DNA of 32,000 bases from Candidatus Harpocratesius repetitus (GCA_021498095.1 JAIZWK010000001.1:2940001-2972000), one strand, 5' to 3'. Shown: positions 1-10,044, numbered from the stretch's first letter. Numbers and translations are program-made. Notes: generated by a model not told the origin, from the letters alone.

Positions 1-1
1 A

Positions 2-952
2 CTTGAATTTTTCCTTTTAAAACAAGGAAATCACTTTGAGACACCAAAACCTGTTGATTTTCGAGGTTATTTCGGAGCAGATGACTCTGAATTAGATCAT
101 TTAATTCGTCGGAAGATTGCAGTTTACGCAGAAAAATTTCCTGGAATTACTGTTGAAACTGTCCATCATGAAGTTGCTCGTTCTCAACATGAAATTAGTA
201 TGAAATATGACAATGCATTAAAAATGGCAGATTCTACAATGACAATGAAGATGGTAGTAAAAGTTGTGGCTGCTCAGCATAATATGTTAGCAACATTTAT
301 GCCAAAACCTTGGGCAGGACAAAATGGTTCAGGAATGCATGTTCATCAGAGCTTATGGGATGTTAATAGCAACCAAAATGCCTTTTTTGATCCAGATGAT
401 CCAAATCAAATTTCAGAAACTCTTCGCTATTTCATTGCAGGTCAATTAAAACATGCCCATAGTATGACTGCTTTGCTTAATTCATGGCCAAATTCATACA
501 AACGCTTAGTTCCTGGATATGAAGCACCTACTTTAATTGCTTGGGGATTTAAAAATCGATCTATGTTAATTAGAGTTCCGAATTTCTTTAATAAAGCCAA
601 TTCTGCAAGATGTGAAATTAGGAACCCTGATCCTGCTGGAAATCCCTATTTGCAGTATGCAGCATTACTAAACGCAGGATTGGATGGAATTAAATATAAG
701 ATTGAGCCCCCTAAGCCGATTGATGTTAATTTGTTCCACTTATCTGCAGATGAATTAAAAAATATGGGAATTGATAACATACCAACAAGTTTAGATGAAG
801 CACTTCGCCATATGGAGCAATCAACATTTACTCGTGAATTGCTTGGTGATGAAGCATATCAAGCATATTGCGATCTCAAATGGAAAGAATATAATTTATA
901 CCGCACTCAGGTAACTGAATGGGAATTAAAGCGATACTCTCAAGTACTCTAA
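2..952 (+). CDS. glnA: Glutamine synthetase type I, 5' end outside the window
   Basis: Frame is open from base 2 (LEFF...HHEV...QHEI) into the listed ORF. Motifs KPWAGQNGSGMH, KRLVPGYEAP, NRSMLIRVP and EIRNPDPAGNPYL. Confidence 0.96.
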   Translation, partial: LEFFLLKQGNHFETPKPVDFRGYFGADDSELDHLIRRKIAVYAEKFPGITVETVHHEVARSQHEISMKYDNALKMADSTMTMKMVVKVVAAQHNMLATFMPKPWAGQNGSGMHVHQSLWDVNSNQNAFFDPDDPNQISETLRYFIAGQLKHAHSMTALLNSWPNSYKRLVPGYEAPTLIAWGFKNRSMLIRVPNFFNKANSARCEIRNPDPAGNPYLQYAALLNAGLDGIKYKIEPPKPIDVNLFHLSADELKNMGIDNIPTSLDEALRHMEQSTFTRELLGDEAYQAYCDLKWKEYNLYRTQVTEWELKRYSQVL

Positions 953-961
953 TTTTTTTCT

Positions 962-1027
962 TTTGCATTTTACTAGCTTTTTGCTAGCTTTTTGCTTGCT
1001 ATTTGCTTGCTATTTGCTTGCTATTTG
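962..1027 (+). repeat. 11-bp tandem repeat just after the glnA stop
   Basis: CTAGCTTTTTG x2 (973-994), then CTTGCTATTTG x3 (995-1027), plus a degenerate unit at 962-972. Confidence 0.9.
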
Positions 1028-1160
1028 CCATTCTCTTATTTTTATTTTAATATAATTAACTCTTTAAAAAAGCATACCACATCTAATAGTTTTACATTTC
1101 ACCGACAAATTTCAGCTCAAAATCATTAAAATATTCTATTAAATTATCAATCTCTTTGTT

Positions 1161-1170
1161 TTTTATATAT
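1161..1170 (+). promoter_or_regulatory. Putative TATA box of the MutS-like gene
   Basis: TTTTATATAT about 25 bp upstream of ATG 1195, consistent with a leaderless transcript. Confidence 0.45.
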
Positions 1171-1194
1171 ATACTTTCCAGAATACCCTTAAAC

Positions 1195-3447
1195 ATGGCA
1201 GTTACTCAAAAAAAAACAATAACACATCTTAATACTGGCTACCATATTGATCTAGCTCATTTTCCAGGTATTGGTCAAAAAACTATGGAAAAATTACTCA
1301 TATACTATGGTTCAGATGAAAAAGCTTTAGATGCAATTAAAAAGGGCTTTATTGGATGTGCACCTGGATTTACTTTTAAACAGGCACTTCGTTTTTCTCA
1401 AACATATTTTGAACTAACTGAAAAACTGTCTGTTTCTGATGTTATTAGGACACCAGATATGTTAGAGATATTCCATCAGATTCAGGCACTTATTAGCAAA
1501 TATATGAAAACAGAATATTCCAAGCAAAAATTACATTTTTATTTTCCTCTTCCTTCTTCAAAAATCCAATTGATTAAAAAACGCCAAAAATATTTTAGAA
1601 ATGCAATAGAATTTTTCTCAAAATACCATGAAATGCTTGAAAAGCAAAATTTTTCTTTATTATTAAAAAAATTAAACAATTTACAACAATTGGAGTCATA
1701 TTCAAAAATCTCAAGCAGAATTTATCTTAGCGATTCAAAAAAAGTAATACAAAATTTAAAGCAGCGTAGATTTGGAGATGCCATAATCACAGAATTTATC
1801 GATTTAGAAAAGAACTCTGATATTGATGGATTATTATCGCAATACTCAAGGAATTTTAATGTAGTCATATATTTAGGAAATAATCTCAGTAAAATTCCTG
1901 ATTTACCTAATTTAATTACTTTTGTTCCACAAGAAATCTCTGAAGAACAGATAATTCCAGAACATATCATAAATTTTTTCAGTTATAATAAAGATCTCAT
2001 CCAAAATATGATTAAAATCGTAGTTGCATTAAAAAGTACAAAAGAAACAACTTTGTTAAATTATTTTTTAAACAAAATTGATCTTCAAAAACTAAAGCAC
2101 ATTAAAGAAAATGCATCAATTTTAAATTTAAATGGAGATATACGTGAAAGAATAGATTTAACTCTTGATAGTTATAAACAAGTTTATCGGAACTTTAATT
2201 CAATTATATCTGAAGTTGAAGGAAGAATAAATCAAGAGATCCAACAAGAAATCGGAGATCGATCTATTGAAATTCAAGGAAAACAGATCTTGAACCTTTT
2301 TCGAAGTGATATAACTGCTGAATCTTTACGGACGTATATTCCTGCAGAGGTTGATGAACTAATTAATGAGATTATTCAAAAAAATTTAGATTTCATGAAA
2401 AAAGAGTTACTTCTGCCAAATTCTATGGATGATTTGCTAACTAAATTAATTCCAGAGTTTTTAGAATATCCTTTTCACTTAGACGATTCTGGAATTCTTA
2501 CAATCGAAAAAGTAATTACAGCTAGATATTTTACACATCGATTTAATTTAATGAGAAAAATCGCTTCAGAATTAAGACAAACTCACCAATATTTACTAGA
2601 ATTGCATCAAACACTTTTAGAATTCGAGTTTTTCTTCAGTATTGGGGAATTTGCATTACAATATCAATTGACTATACCTAAGTTAGTTGAAAATAATAAA
2701 GGATTTTTAGGAAAGTCGTTGTTAAATCTTAATTTAGTTCAAAATTATTTAAATGATCGAGAAAATCCGTCAATTTCAACAGAACCACCCATTCCTATCT
2801 CATATCAGATTGGGTTTATTTCTGAAACACAAAATAAAAAAGAATATGTATCAATTGATGCTAATCTAGCATTGTTAACAGGAAGTAATTCAGGGGGGAA
2901 AACTATGTGTCTTTTAACAGCAGCTCAATCAATAATATTAGCGCAAATGGGATTTCCGAGTTTAGGTTCTTTTTACTTTTTTCCATTTGATGAATTATAT
3001 TTCTTTAAAAAATCAAGTGGGCAAATTTCAGCTGGAGCATTTGAAACAACTCTATTACAATTTGTATCAATGGCAAAATCTTCAGCATTAAAATTAATTT
3101 TCGCTGACGAATTAGAAGCAATTACTGAACCAACTGCAGCTGCAAAAGTTTTAGCTAGTATATTCACATTAATTCTTTCAAATCCACAAAACTTCGGAAT
3201 ATTTGTTACACATTTAGGAGAATTAATACTTTCAGAATTATCAGAAGACACACGTGAAAGAATTAGACTGGACGGTATCGAGGCTAAAGGTTTAGATGAA
3301 AAACTTAACTTGATTGTAGATCGAAATCCCCGATATCATTATCTTGCAAATTCTACACCAGAATTGATTCTTACTCGATTATCAAAATCAGGAAATAGTG
3401 ATCAACAAGAATTCTTTATGCAAGTTTTAAAAAAATTTACCCATTAG
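1195..3447 (+). CDS. MutS-family ATPase with N-terminal helix-hairpin-helix (archaeal MutS5/MutS2-like)
   Basis: HhH motif FPGIGQKT; Walker A LTGSNSGGKT; Walker B FADELEAITEP; FVTH. No mismatch-recognition domain I (no GxFYE) and no Smr domain. ATG 1195 is preferred over TTG 1156. Confidence 0.85.
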   Translation: MAVTQKKTITHLNTGYHIDLAHFPGIGQKTMEKLLIYYGSDEKALDAIKKGFIGCAPGFTFKQALRFSQTYFELTEKLSVSDVIRTPDMLEIFHQIQALISKYMKTEYSKQKLHFYFPLPSSKIQLIKKRQKYFRNAIEFFSKYHEMLEKQNFSLLLKKLNNLQQLESYSKISSRIYLSDSKKVIQNLKQRRFGDAIITEFIDLEKNSDIDGLLSQYSRNFNVVIYLGNNLSKIPDLPNLITFVPQEISEEQIIPEHIINFFSYNKDLIQNMIKIVVALKSTKETTLLNYFLNKIDLQKLKHIKENASILNLNGDIRERIDLTLDSYKQVYRNFNSIISEVEGRINQEIQQEIGDRSIEIQGKQILNLFRSDITAESLRTYIPAEVDELINEIIQKNLDFMKKELLLPNSMDDLLTKLIPEFLEYPFHLDDSGILTIEKVITARYFTHRFNLMRKIASELRQTHQYLLELHQTLLEFEFFFSIGEFALQYQLTIPKLVENNKGFLGKSLLNLNLVQNYLNDRENPSISTEPPIPISYQIGFISETQNKKEYVSIDANLALLTGSNSGGKTMCLLTAAQSIILAQMGFPSLGSFYFFPFDELYFFKKSSGQISAGAFETTLLQFVSMAKSSALKLIFADELEAITEPTAAAKVLASIFTLILSNPQNFGIFVTHLGELILSELSEDTRERIRLDGIEAKGLDEKLNLIVDRNPRYHYLANSTPELILTRLSKSGNSDQQEFFMQVLKKFTH

Positions 3448-3501
3448 CAAATTTAATTGCAAAGAAGTAAATTTTTTTTTTAAGTTAACTTAAAAATAAC
3501 T

Positions 3502-3894
3502 ATGGTTGATTCATCAAAAAAATTAGTCGTGAAACAATATCAATGCCCAGTATGTAAAAAAATCCATACAATTAAATTTGAACCTGATTTTGCAAAAAAT
3601 CGAGTAAAATATCCTTTTACATATGCATTTATGCATAAATTTGAATCCCCGACTAATATTGAAGATCATGAAAAGGATGTATTAACCACTTTGTATATAG
3701 ATGCACATCTAAATATTAGAGGTGTTGAAGCTGTTTTGGCAGATGATAATACCAATATTTTATCAAAAGAAACTTCTTACGAGATGATTACAAAGTTAAC
3801 TAAGGTAATTCTCGAAATGCAGAGTGAATTGGATGAAATGCAAGAAAAATATACAGCTTTAAAATTAAAATGTGAACAAGCAAATATAAAATAA
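3502..3894 (+). CDS. Hypothetical CxxC/His Zn-binding protein with C-terminal coiled coil
   Basis: CPVC...YPFTYAFMH...LYIDAHLNIRGVE; heptad-rich C-terminus (LEMQSELDEMQEKYTALKLK). Confidence 0.7.
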   Translation: MVDSSKKLVVKQYQCPVCKKIHTIKFEPDFAKNRVKYPFTYAFMHKFESPTNIEDHEKDVLTTLYIDAHLNIRGVEAVLADDNTNILSKETSYEMITKLTKVILEMQSELDEMQEKYTALKLKCEQANIK

Positions 3895-3993
3895 AAGAAA
3901 TTACCTTTTTCATCAATCACGCTAATCTTTATTTTGAAAATATAATATTGCACTTTATTTGAAAAATTGCTTAGAAACACCTCATTTTTCTTC

Positions 3994-5259
3994 TTAGTGC
4001 CACTTTATTGATGCTAAAAATAAAGGAATTGTATCTTTTTCTAAAACAGATACTTTTTTTAAATGAATTGGTTTCTTCCATCTCTTCGGACCCCATTTTA
4101 TTTCAAATCCAATCAAAATACTATCTATTAATAAAACAACATCCACTTCAGAGTGATTTTTCCAATAAAAAGTAGGATAAATTCTACTAAAATGCGAAGC
4201 TACAATACTCTCAACTAAATTTTCTGATAGAACAGTTGAATTTGTATACTCTGATAATATTTTAACTATAAATGGATCAATAAAGTGAATTTTCTTGTTT
4301 TTTCGATATTTAATTTGCTTTTCAGGTGAAATTAAATAAAGAATATTTAATAAATACAAGTTCTCTAACGTTTCAATATATGCATTGACAGTATGGGGAG
4401 AATTGATTGATGTGTTTTTTGAGATTGAGAGCCAACTAATGGGAGAAACTCGAGATTCTAATAAATATTTGAATATTTCTTTCATGTATGTTTCATTTTT
4501 TTTGAATTTAAGAAGATCTCCACGAATCCAATCGAGATAAGTGCGTTTTGTACTCATTTGGATTTTTTTCAAATTGAAAAAATTCTGAATTGGGATAGGA
4601 AATCCTCCAGTTTTAAGATAATCTTGAAAGAGAGCTTGAATTCGATTTTTATATATTAAATTTGGTTGAATTATTTGTTCAACTGTTAAAGATGAATTAA
4701 ATGATGAGATGACTAAGTCTTTTAAAAAGAGTGAGGTATATTCTTGAAAGCTCAAAGGAAGCAATAAATAATCCTGTCCATTACCCCGTCTACCAGGAAA
4801 TCTTTCCTTCTCTTTTAATAATTCAATGCTAGATGAACCAGTAATTATCAAAATTGATTTTTTGAATAGATTTTGATCTATTCGAGATTTAATTGCGCGC
4901 CACCATTCTTTTACGAAAGTTATTTCATCTAAAATAATAATAGTTATTGAGCTATTTCTACTAATCTGGCGGGAAATAAAATTATCTAATATTTCTCCTA
5001 ATTCTTGAAAATTTATCAATTCATCACATGGATAATACAATATATTGTGTGGATTTTCACCATTCTCCAATAAATTGTGAATTAATATTTTTATAGTAGT
5101 TGTCTTGCCCACTTGTCGAGGACCAGTTAAAAAATGAAGAGAAAATGGCTCTAATGTGATTTTTTCAATTATATCAGGGATCCATTTGATCTGTTTTTGT
5201 TGCCAATTTTGAAAATTCTCGTCTTCTTCGCCTATCCACCATGGATTATAACGTTCCAT
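3994..5259 (-). CDS. AAA+ ATPase, COG1373/DUF4143 type
   Basis: TGPRQVGKTT Walker A; ILDEI Walker B; ITGSS; YLKTGGFP; C-terminal EVDVV...EIKW nuclease-like remnant. Confidence 0.88.
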   Translation of the reverse strand: MERYNPWWIGEEDENFQNWQQKQIKWIPDIIEKITLEPFSLHFLTGPRQVGKTTTIKILIHNLLENGENPHNILYYPCDELINFQELGEILDNFISRQISRNSSITIIILDEITFVKEWWRAIKSRIDQNLFKKSILIITGSSSIELLKEKERFPGRRGNGQDYLLLPLSFQEYTSLFLKDLVISSFNSSLTVEQIIQPNLIYKNRIQALFQDYLKTGGFPIPIQNFFNLKKIQMSTKRTYLDWIRGDLLKFKKNETYMKEIFKYLLESRVSPISWLSISKNTSINSPHTVNAYIETLENLYLLNILYLISPEKQIKYRKNKKIHFIDPFIVKILSEYTNSTVLSENLVESIVASHFSRIYPTFYWKNHSEVDVVLLIDSILIGFEIKWGPKRWKKPIHLKKVSVLEKDTIPLFLASIKWH

Positions 5260-5280
5260 AAATAAAAAATAGGTTTTTTA

Positions 5281-5343
5281 TTTATATGTATTTGCATTTT
5301 CATTGCAAATTGTTTATATTTGTATTTGCATTTTCATTGCAAA
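5281..5343. repeat. Direct repeat of 23 bp, each copy an imperfect palindrome TTTGCA-N7-TGCAAA
   Basis: TGTATTTGCATTTTCATTGCAAA at 5287-5309 and 5321-5343. The second copy overlaps the flavoprotein stop codon. Confidence 0.9.
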
Positions 5344-5999
5344 ATATTCATTTTTTTTTTTCCTAATTTTTCTCCCATTAACAATGCTTTACGCATCAAT
5401 TTCTCTTTTTTATTTGAATTAAATTGAAATAAAGTATCTGTATATATAATTTTTCCAACTACAGAGCCATTTAACTTCTTTACATATCTTTTCATAGCAT
5501 TTATTGCAGGTGAAATCTCGTTCATTAAATATCTGAAAGGTACTGTGGCAGCAGTTATTAAAATGTAGCGTTTGTATTTGAAATCTTCATATTTTGGCCC
5601 GAAGTTGGAAATACTTTCAAACAATTTTTTAATTTTTTCCCATTTGGTTAATTTATAAAATTTATCGGCATTTTTTGGATTATACATGGCATATCCGGTA
5701 TGTCGATCAAAAAAGCTTTTCATAATTCCTGTTATGTTTGCCCAATATACAGGACTTCCAAGAATAATTATATCTGCTTCTCGCAATTTTTGAAAAATTA
5801 AATTAAAATCATCTTGTAAAATACATGTTCCAATATTTGAACAAGCCCAACATGATTTACAAAAATCAATCTTGTAATCATATAAATATATAATTTCACC
5901 GATATTTCCTTTCTTTTCTGCACCTTTAATAATTTGTTTTGCAATTGTACTAACATTTCCTCTTTTTAACGGAGACCCGATTATTGCAAGAATTCTCAT
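5334..5999 (-). CDS. Iron-sulfur flavoprotein (Isf) / NADPH-dependent FMN reductase family
   Basis: IIGSPLKRGN flavodoxin loop; CKSCWAC-x5-C 4Fe-4S motif; ILGSPVYW...MKSFFDR. Confidence 0.88.
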   Translation of the reverse strand: MRILAIIGSPLKRGNVSTIAKQIIKGAEKKGNIGEIIYLYDYKIDFCKSCWACSNIGTCILQDDFNLIFQKLREADIIILGSPVYWANITGIMKSFFDRHTGYAMYNPKNADKFYKLTKWEKIKKLFESISNFGPKYEDFKYKRYILITAATVPFRYLMNEISPAINAMKRYVKKLNGSVVGKIIYTDTLFQFNSNKKEKLMRKALLMGEKLGKKKMNILQ

Positions 6000-6098
6000 A
6001 ATAATTGAGAAGAATTTTCTTTATCTTAAAATCAAAGAAGTTATTTTTTTCTGATTAAGTAATAAAATAATTACTTAAAATTATTAATTAATTATGAA

Positions 6099-6554
6099 AT
6101 GCGTGAAAATGAACGAGAAACATTCAAAGAACTAATTAATCTTTTTCCTCAAATAATTCAAACATCAAATCTTTGTATTCAGCGCGAATTACATAATTTT
6201 ACTCATAATAAGAAAAGAATTGACATGGAACGAAAAGATTTAAAGCAAATAATCTCGATTATTCAAGGTAAATGGACCTTGGAAATACTTTATATAATTC
6301 GAATATATAGAACAATTAACTTTAATGAAATAAAAAAACACTTAACAAAAATTAGTTCAACAATCTTGGCGAAAAGATTAAAAAAGCTAGAAGATCTACA
6401 AATGATTCAAAGATCTATTATTGATGTTCATCCTATACGCGTTTTTTACTCATTGTCGCACTTCGGTTCAAATTTCGTTCATTTAATGCTTCCAATATTC
6501 ATCTATTCCCTCACAGAAATTCATTTCCCAGAAAAAGAAAAAAAAAGAAGTTAG
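6099..6554 (+). CDS. HxlR-family winged-helix transcriptional regulator (real start may be ATG 6225)
   Basis: IIQGKWTLEIL...FNEI...ISSTILAKRLKKLE...P.RVFYSLS.FG; divergent from the flavoprotein gene. Confidence 0.88.
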   Translation: MRENERETFKELINLFPQIIQTSNLCIQRELHNFTHNKKRIDMERKDLKQIISIIQGKWTLEILYIIRIYRTINFNEIKKHLTKISSTILAKRLKKLEDLQMIQRSIIDVHPIRVFYSLSHFGSNFVHLMLPIFIYSLTEIHFPEKEKKRS

Positions 6555-6631
6555 ACTAATTAAATTAATTAAACTTCAAAATTTATCAAAGACTTTTTTT
6601 CAGTACTTTGATAATTTTGAAGAATTTCATC

Positions 6632-7912
6632 CTACTTAACTAATACTTTTTCGATTTGCTCTAAAGCCCAATCAATTTCTTCTTTTTTAATAACAATGGG
6701 AGGTGCAAATCTGATTGTAGTAATATGAGTATCTTTTGCTAAAATTCCGTGTTCTTTAAATTGTTCAACAAATTGGCGCGCATTTCCATCAAATTCTACT
6801 GCAATTAACAAACCGCGCCCTCGGACTTCCTTAATAGGTACTTTAGTTTCTTTGGATGCTATTTTTCTTAAGCCTTCTTGAAAATATTCACCCAATTCAG
6901 CTGCGCGCTCTGCTAATTTCTCATCGATCAATATATCTAATGCTTTAGATGCAACTGCACAAGCTAGGGAATTTCCACCAAATGTACTTCCATGAGTTCC
7001 TGGTTTAATTACTTCAGGTCCGACAATATCTGCATTAGTTACAATAGCAGAAACCGGATATACTCCACCACCTAAAGCTTTCCCAAGGAGGAACATATCT
7101 GGCTTTACATTCTCGTGATCTAGTGCAAATAATTTACCAGTGCGACATAACCCAGATTGAATTTCATCTGCAATCATTAACACGTTGTATTTTGAACAAA
7201 TTTCACGGACTTTAGTGTAGTATCCTTTTGGTGGAACCTTAACACCTGCTTCACCTTGGATTGGCTCAAATAAGAATGCAGCAACATTTTCTGGACCTAA
7301 TTTTAAAATTGTATCTTCTAATTCTTGAGCATCACCATAGGAAATGATTTCGAAACCTGGAGTAAACGGTCCAAAATTTCCATAGTAATTTCCATGCTGG
7401 ATATCTGTGCTGAAACCAACAATTGTTATCGTTCTTCCGTGAAAATTATCGCGACAAACAATAATTTTTGCTTGATTTTTCGGAATATTCTTTTTAATAT
7501 ATCCCCATGCGCGTGCAACTTTTAATCCAGTTTCTACAGCTTCTGCCCCAGTATTCATTGGTAGAGCCATAATTCCAGAATTCTTCGGATCATTTAGATG
7601 AGGCCCGACTACTTCACAGAGTTTTTTCAAGTAAGGACCCATTTGATCATTACAGAAAGCACGTGAAGTAACAGCTACTTTTTTAATTTGTTCTTCCATA
7701 GCTTTTATGATTTCTGGATGGCAGTGTCCCATATTTTGACTGGAATATGCTGAAAGACAATCTAGGTATTTTCGACCTTCTGGATCCCAGACCCAGCATC
7801 GTTCTGCTCGAGAAATTACCACTTCTAAAGGATGATAATTATGTGCACCATATTTATGATCCATTTCAATATATTCTTGTGATGTTGGCATGATATTCAC
7901 CATATTTTTCAT
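6632..7912 (-). CDS. rocD: Ornithine aminotransferase (class III PLP)
   Basis: YGAHNYHPL, LSAYS..N.GHCHP, MNTGAEAVET, FHGRT, EPIQGEAG, DEIQSGLCRTG, LGKALGGG (PLP Lys), HGSTFGGN. Confidence 0.93.
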   Translation of the reverse strand: MKNMVNIMPTSQEYIEMDHKYGAHNYHPLEVVISRAERCWVWDPEGRKYLDCLSAYSSQNMGHCHPEIIKAMEEQIKKVAVTSRAFCNDQMGPYLKKLCEVVGPHLNDPKNSGIMALPMNTGAEAVETGLKVARAWGYIKKNIPKNQAKIIVCRDNFHGRTITIVGFSTDIQHGNYYGNFGPFTPGFEIISYGDAQELEDTILKLGPENVAAFLFEPIQGEAGVKVPPKGYYTKVREICSKYNVLMIADEIQSGLCRTGKLFALDHENVKPDMFLLGKALGGGVYPVSAIVTNADIVGPEVIKPGTHGSTFGGNSLACAVASKALDILIDEKLAERAAELGEYFQEGLRKIASKETKVPIKEVRGRGLLIAVEFDGNARQFVEQFKEHGILAKDTHITTIRFAPPIVIKKEEIDWALEQIEKVLVK

Positions 7913-7932
7913 AAAATTAAAAAAATTCCTAT

Positions 7933-8844
7933 TTACTCTAAGTAAAAGGAAGTTCCAGCTTTACCTAGTAATGACGCTTTAATATTGTCGATAGAAGTAA
8001 TAATTGCTTGCTCTCCACCTTCTTCTAAGAAATTAATACAAGCTTGAATCTTAGGACCCATACTCCCAGCAGGAAATTGCCCTTCTTCTAAGTATTTCTT
8101 TGCATCTGATACTGAAAGTCGATCTAATCTGATTTCATCTGGTTTACCAAAATTAAGAGCGACTTTTTCTTCATCAGTTGCAATTATTAGAATATTTGCT
8201 CCAATTTGTGCACCTAAACGTGCTGTTGCTAAATCTTTATCAATAACTGCTTCGACACCCTTGATTTTTTTATTTTCCTTAATTACAGGAATTCCACCGC
8301 CACCACATGCAATTACAATAAAATTATCTTCAATAAGTCGCTTAATTTCCCGATATTGGAAGATCTTATGAGGTTTTGGTGAAGGAACAACACGTCTCCA
8401 TCCTTTAGATGTATGAACAAAACCTGGTTTTGGATGTTCATAGGCAGGACCAATTGGCTTAGTTGGATTCTGAAAAGCAGGATCATCTTTTTTAACTTGA
8501 GTGTAGGTCAAAACGGTTAAAAATAATTTAGCTTTGTTCAATCCAATTCTCATAAGTTCTTCATCTAAGGTAGATTCAATCATAAATCCAATTTGACCTT
8601 GTGTTTGTGCTCCAATAATCGAGAGGGGCATTTTTGGAACTTCATCACATGCTTCTTGTTGAAGTAGAAGATTTCCTGACTGAGGACCATTACCGTGAGT
8701 TATAACAATTTGATAATCACGTGAGAGCTCGGCAATTTGGCGAACAGGCATCCGGATATTCGCTAATTGCTCCTCTGCAGTTCCCCGTTGACCTTTCTGA
8801 ATTAAAGCATTTCCTCCCAAAGCTACGATAAGTGTTTTCATCAT
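7933..8844 (-). CDS. arcC: Carbamate kinase
   Basis: VALGGNAL, THGNGPQ, KPIGP, GGGGIPV, AVIDKD, GSMGPK. Confidence 0.96.
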   Translation of the reverse strand: MMKTLIVALGGNALIQKGQRGTAEEQLANIRMPVRQIAELSRDYQIVITHGNGPQSGNLLLQQEACDEVPKMPLSIIGAQTQGQIGFMIESTLDEELMRIGLNKAKLFLTVLTYTQVKKDDPAFQNPTKPIGPAYEHPKPGFVHTSKGWRRVVPSPKPHKIFQYREIKRLIEDNFIVIACGGGGIPVIKENKKIKGVEAVIDKDLATARLGAQIGANILIIATDEEKVALNFGKPDEIRLDRLSVSDAKKYLEEGQFPAGSMGPKIQACINFLEEGGEQAIITSIDNIKASLLGKAGTSFYLE

Positions 8845-8896
8845 TTTTCACCTGTTGCCATAATCTTTTTTTTAATAGAGACTAAATTATTCCTAC

Positions 8897-9853
8897 TTAA
8901 TTCATTAGATTGAGTAAGAATAGAATAATTGCTTTTTGCACATGCAGCCGATTTTCTGCTTGATCAAACACTATTGATTGTGGACCATCAATTACTTCAG
9001 CAGTTTCTTCATAGCCACGTTTCGCGGGCAAGCAGTTCATAAATATACAATCGGGTTTAGCTGCTTCCATTACCTTGGAATTAACTTGATAAGGCATCAA
9101 ATCCTTTACCCGTTTTTCTTCTTCTTCTTTAGGAATCCCATAAGACATCCAAGAATCTGCATAAATAATATCTGCATCATGTGCACCTTCCATCACATCA
9201 TGAACCACACGAACAACAGCACCTGTATCTTTTGAAATTTCCTTACATTCATCAATTACTTCTTGTTCAGGTGCATATTCAGGATCTGATGGACAAACAA
9301 CATCCATTTTCATTCCAAACATTGCGCACATTCGCATTAAGTCATAAGTAACGTTATTTCGACAATCACCATAAAATGACAGTTTTAAGCCATCGAAAGT
9401 GCCCTTCTTTTCCTTTATTGTTTGGAAATCACATAAGATTTGACAAGGATGTGCAAAATCATCTAACATATTAATTACAGGAACGCCAGCATTTGCAGCG
9501 ATTTTTTGTATTTCTTCTCTCTTAAAAACTCGAGCTGCAATCATATCTACATATCGAGACGCACATTTTGTTGTATCTTCAATAGTTTCTTTGACCCCTA
9601 AGGGAGAATCTTTTACTGAATAGAAAATCGCATGTCCACCTAATTGTTCCATTCCAGTTTCAAAAGAAACTCGAGTTCGCAAAGAAGGTTTTGCGAATAG
9701 CATTAAAAGAGTTCGATTCTTTAATTTTGAAGTATATTTTGGATTCCAACGATCTGCTTTCATTTGAATTGCGTAATCAATGATCTGTTCACATTCAGCA
9801 CGTGTAAAATCCGTTACTTTAGTTAAATGTCGTAAAGCCATATTTTTCACCAT
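8897..9853 (-). CDS. arcB: Ornithine carbamoyltransferase, probably catabolic
   Basis: FAKPSLRTRVSFE, HPCQ, DSWMS, FMNCLPA, FDQAENRLH; adjacent to carbamate kinase. Confidence 0.94.
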   Translation of the reverse strand: MVKNMALRHLTKVTDFTRAECEQIIDYAIQMKADRWNPKYTSKLKNRTLLMLFAKPSLRTRVSFETGMEQLGGHAIFYSVKDSPLGVKETIEDTTKCASRYVDMIAARVFKREEIQKIAANAGVPVINMLDDFAHPCQILCDFQTIKEKKGTFDGLKLSFYGDCRNNVTYDLMRMCAMFGMKMDVVCPSDPEYAPEQEVIDECKEISKDTGAVVRVVHDVMEGAHDADIIYADSWMSYGIPKEEEEKRVKDLMPYQVNSKVMEAAKPDCIFMNCLPAKRGYEETAEVIDGPQSIVFDQAENRLHVQKAIILFLLNLMN

Positions 9854-9895
9854 TTTTTTCTCTTTTTTAGGAAAGTAATTTTTGTTTATTTTTTG

Positions 9896-9913
9896 TCGAT
9901 ATTATTGTATCGA
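9896..9913. promoter_or_regulatory. Operator-like palindrome TCGATA-N6-TATCGA upstream of arcB
   Basis: Perfect 6-bp inverted repeat lying between a minus-strand TATA-like tract (about 9940-9950) and the arcB start. Confidence 0.4.
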
Positions 9914-10044
9914 TAATAATACCTTCTTTCTCTTTAATCTATAATATATTTTGAGAAATTAAAAAAAAGAACTCGATAAATAACTTTACTAAGTCATTCA
10001 TCAATTCTTGTTATTTTTAAATTACTTTTTTATGTGTTTTTCAA

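Noticed and set aside
962-1027. Tandem repeats as CRISPR or iteron arrays
   Set aside because: No unique spacers, units are too short, and there are no cas or rep genes.
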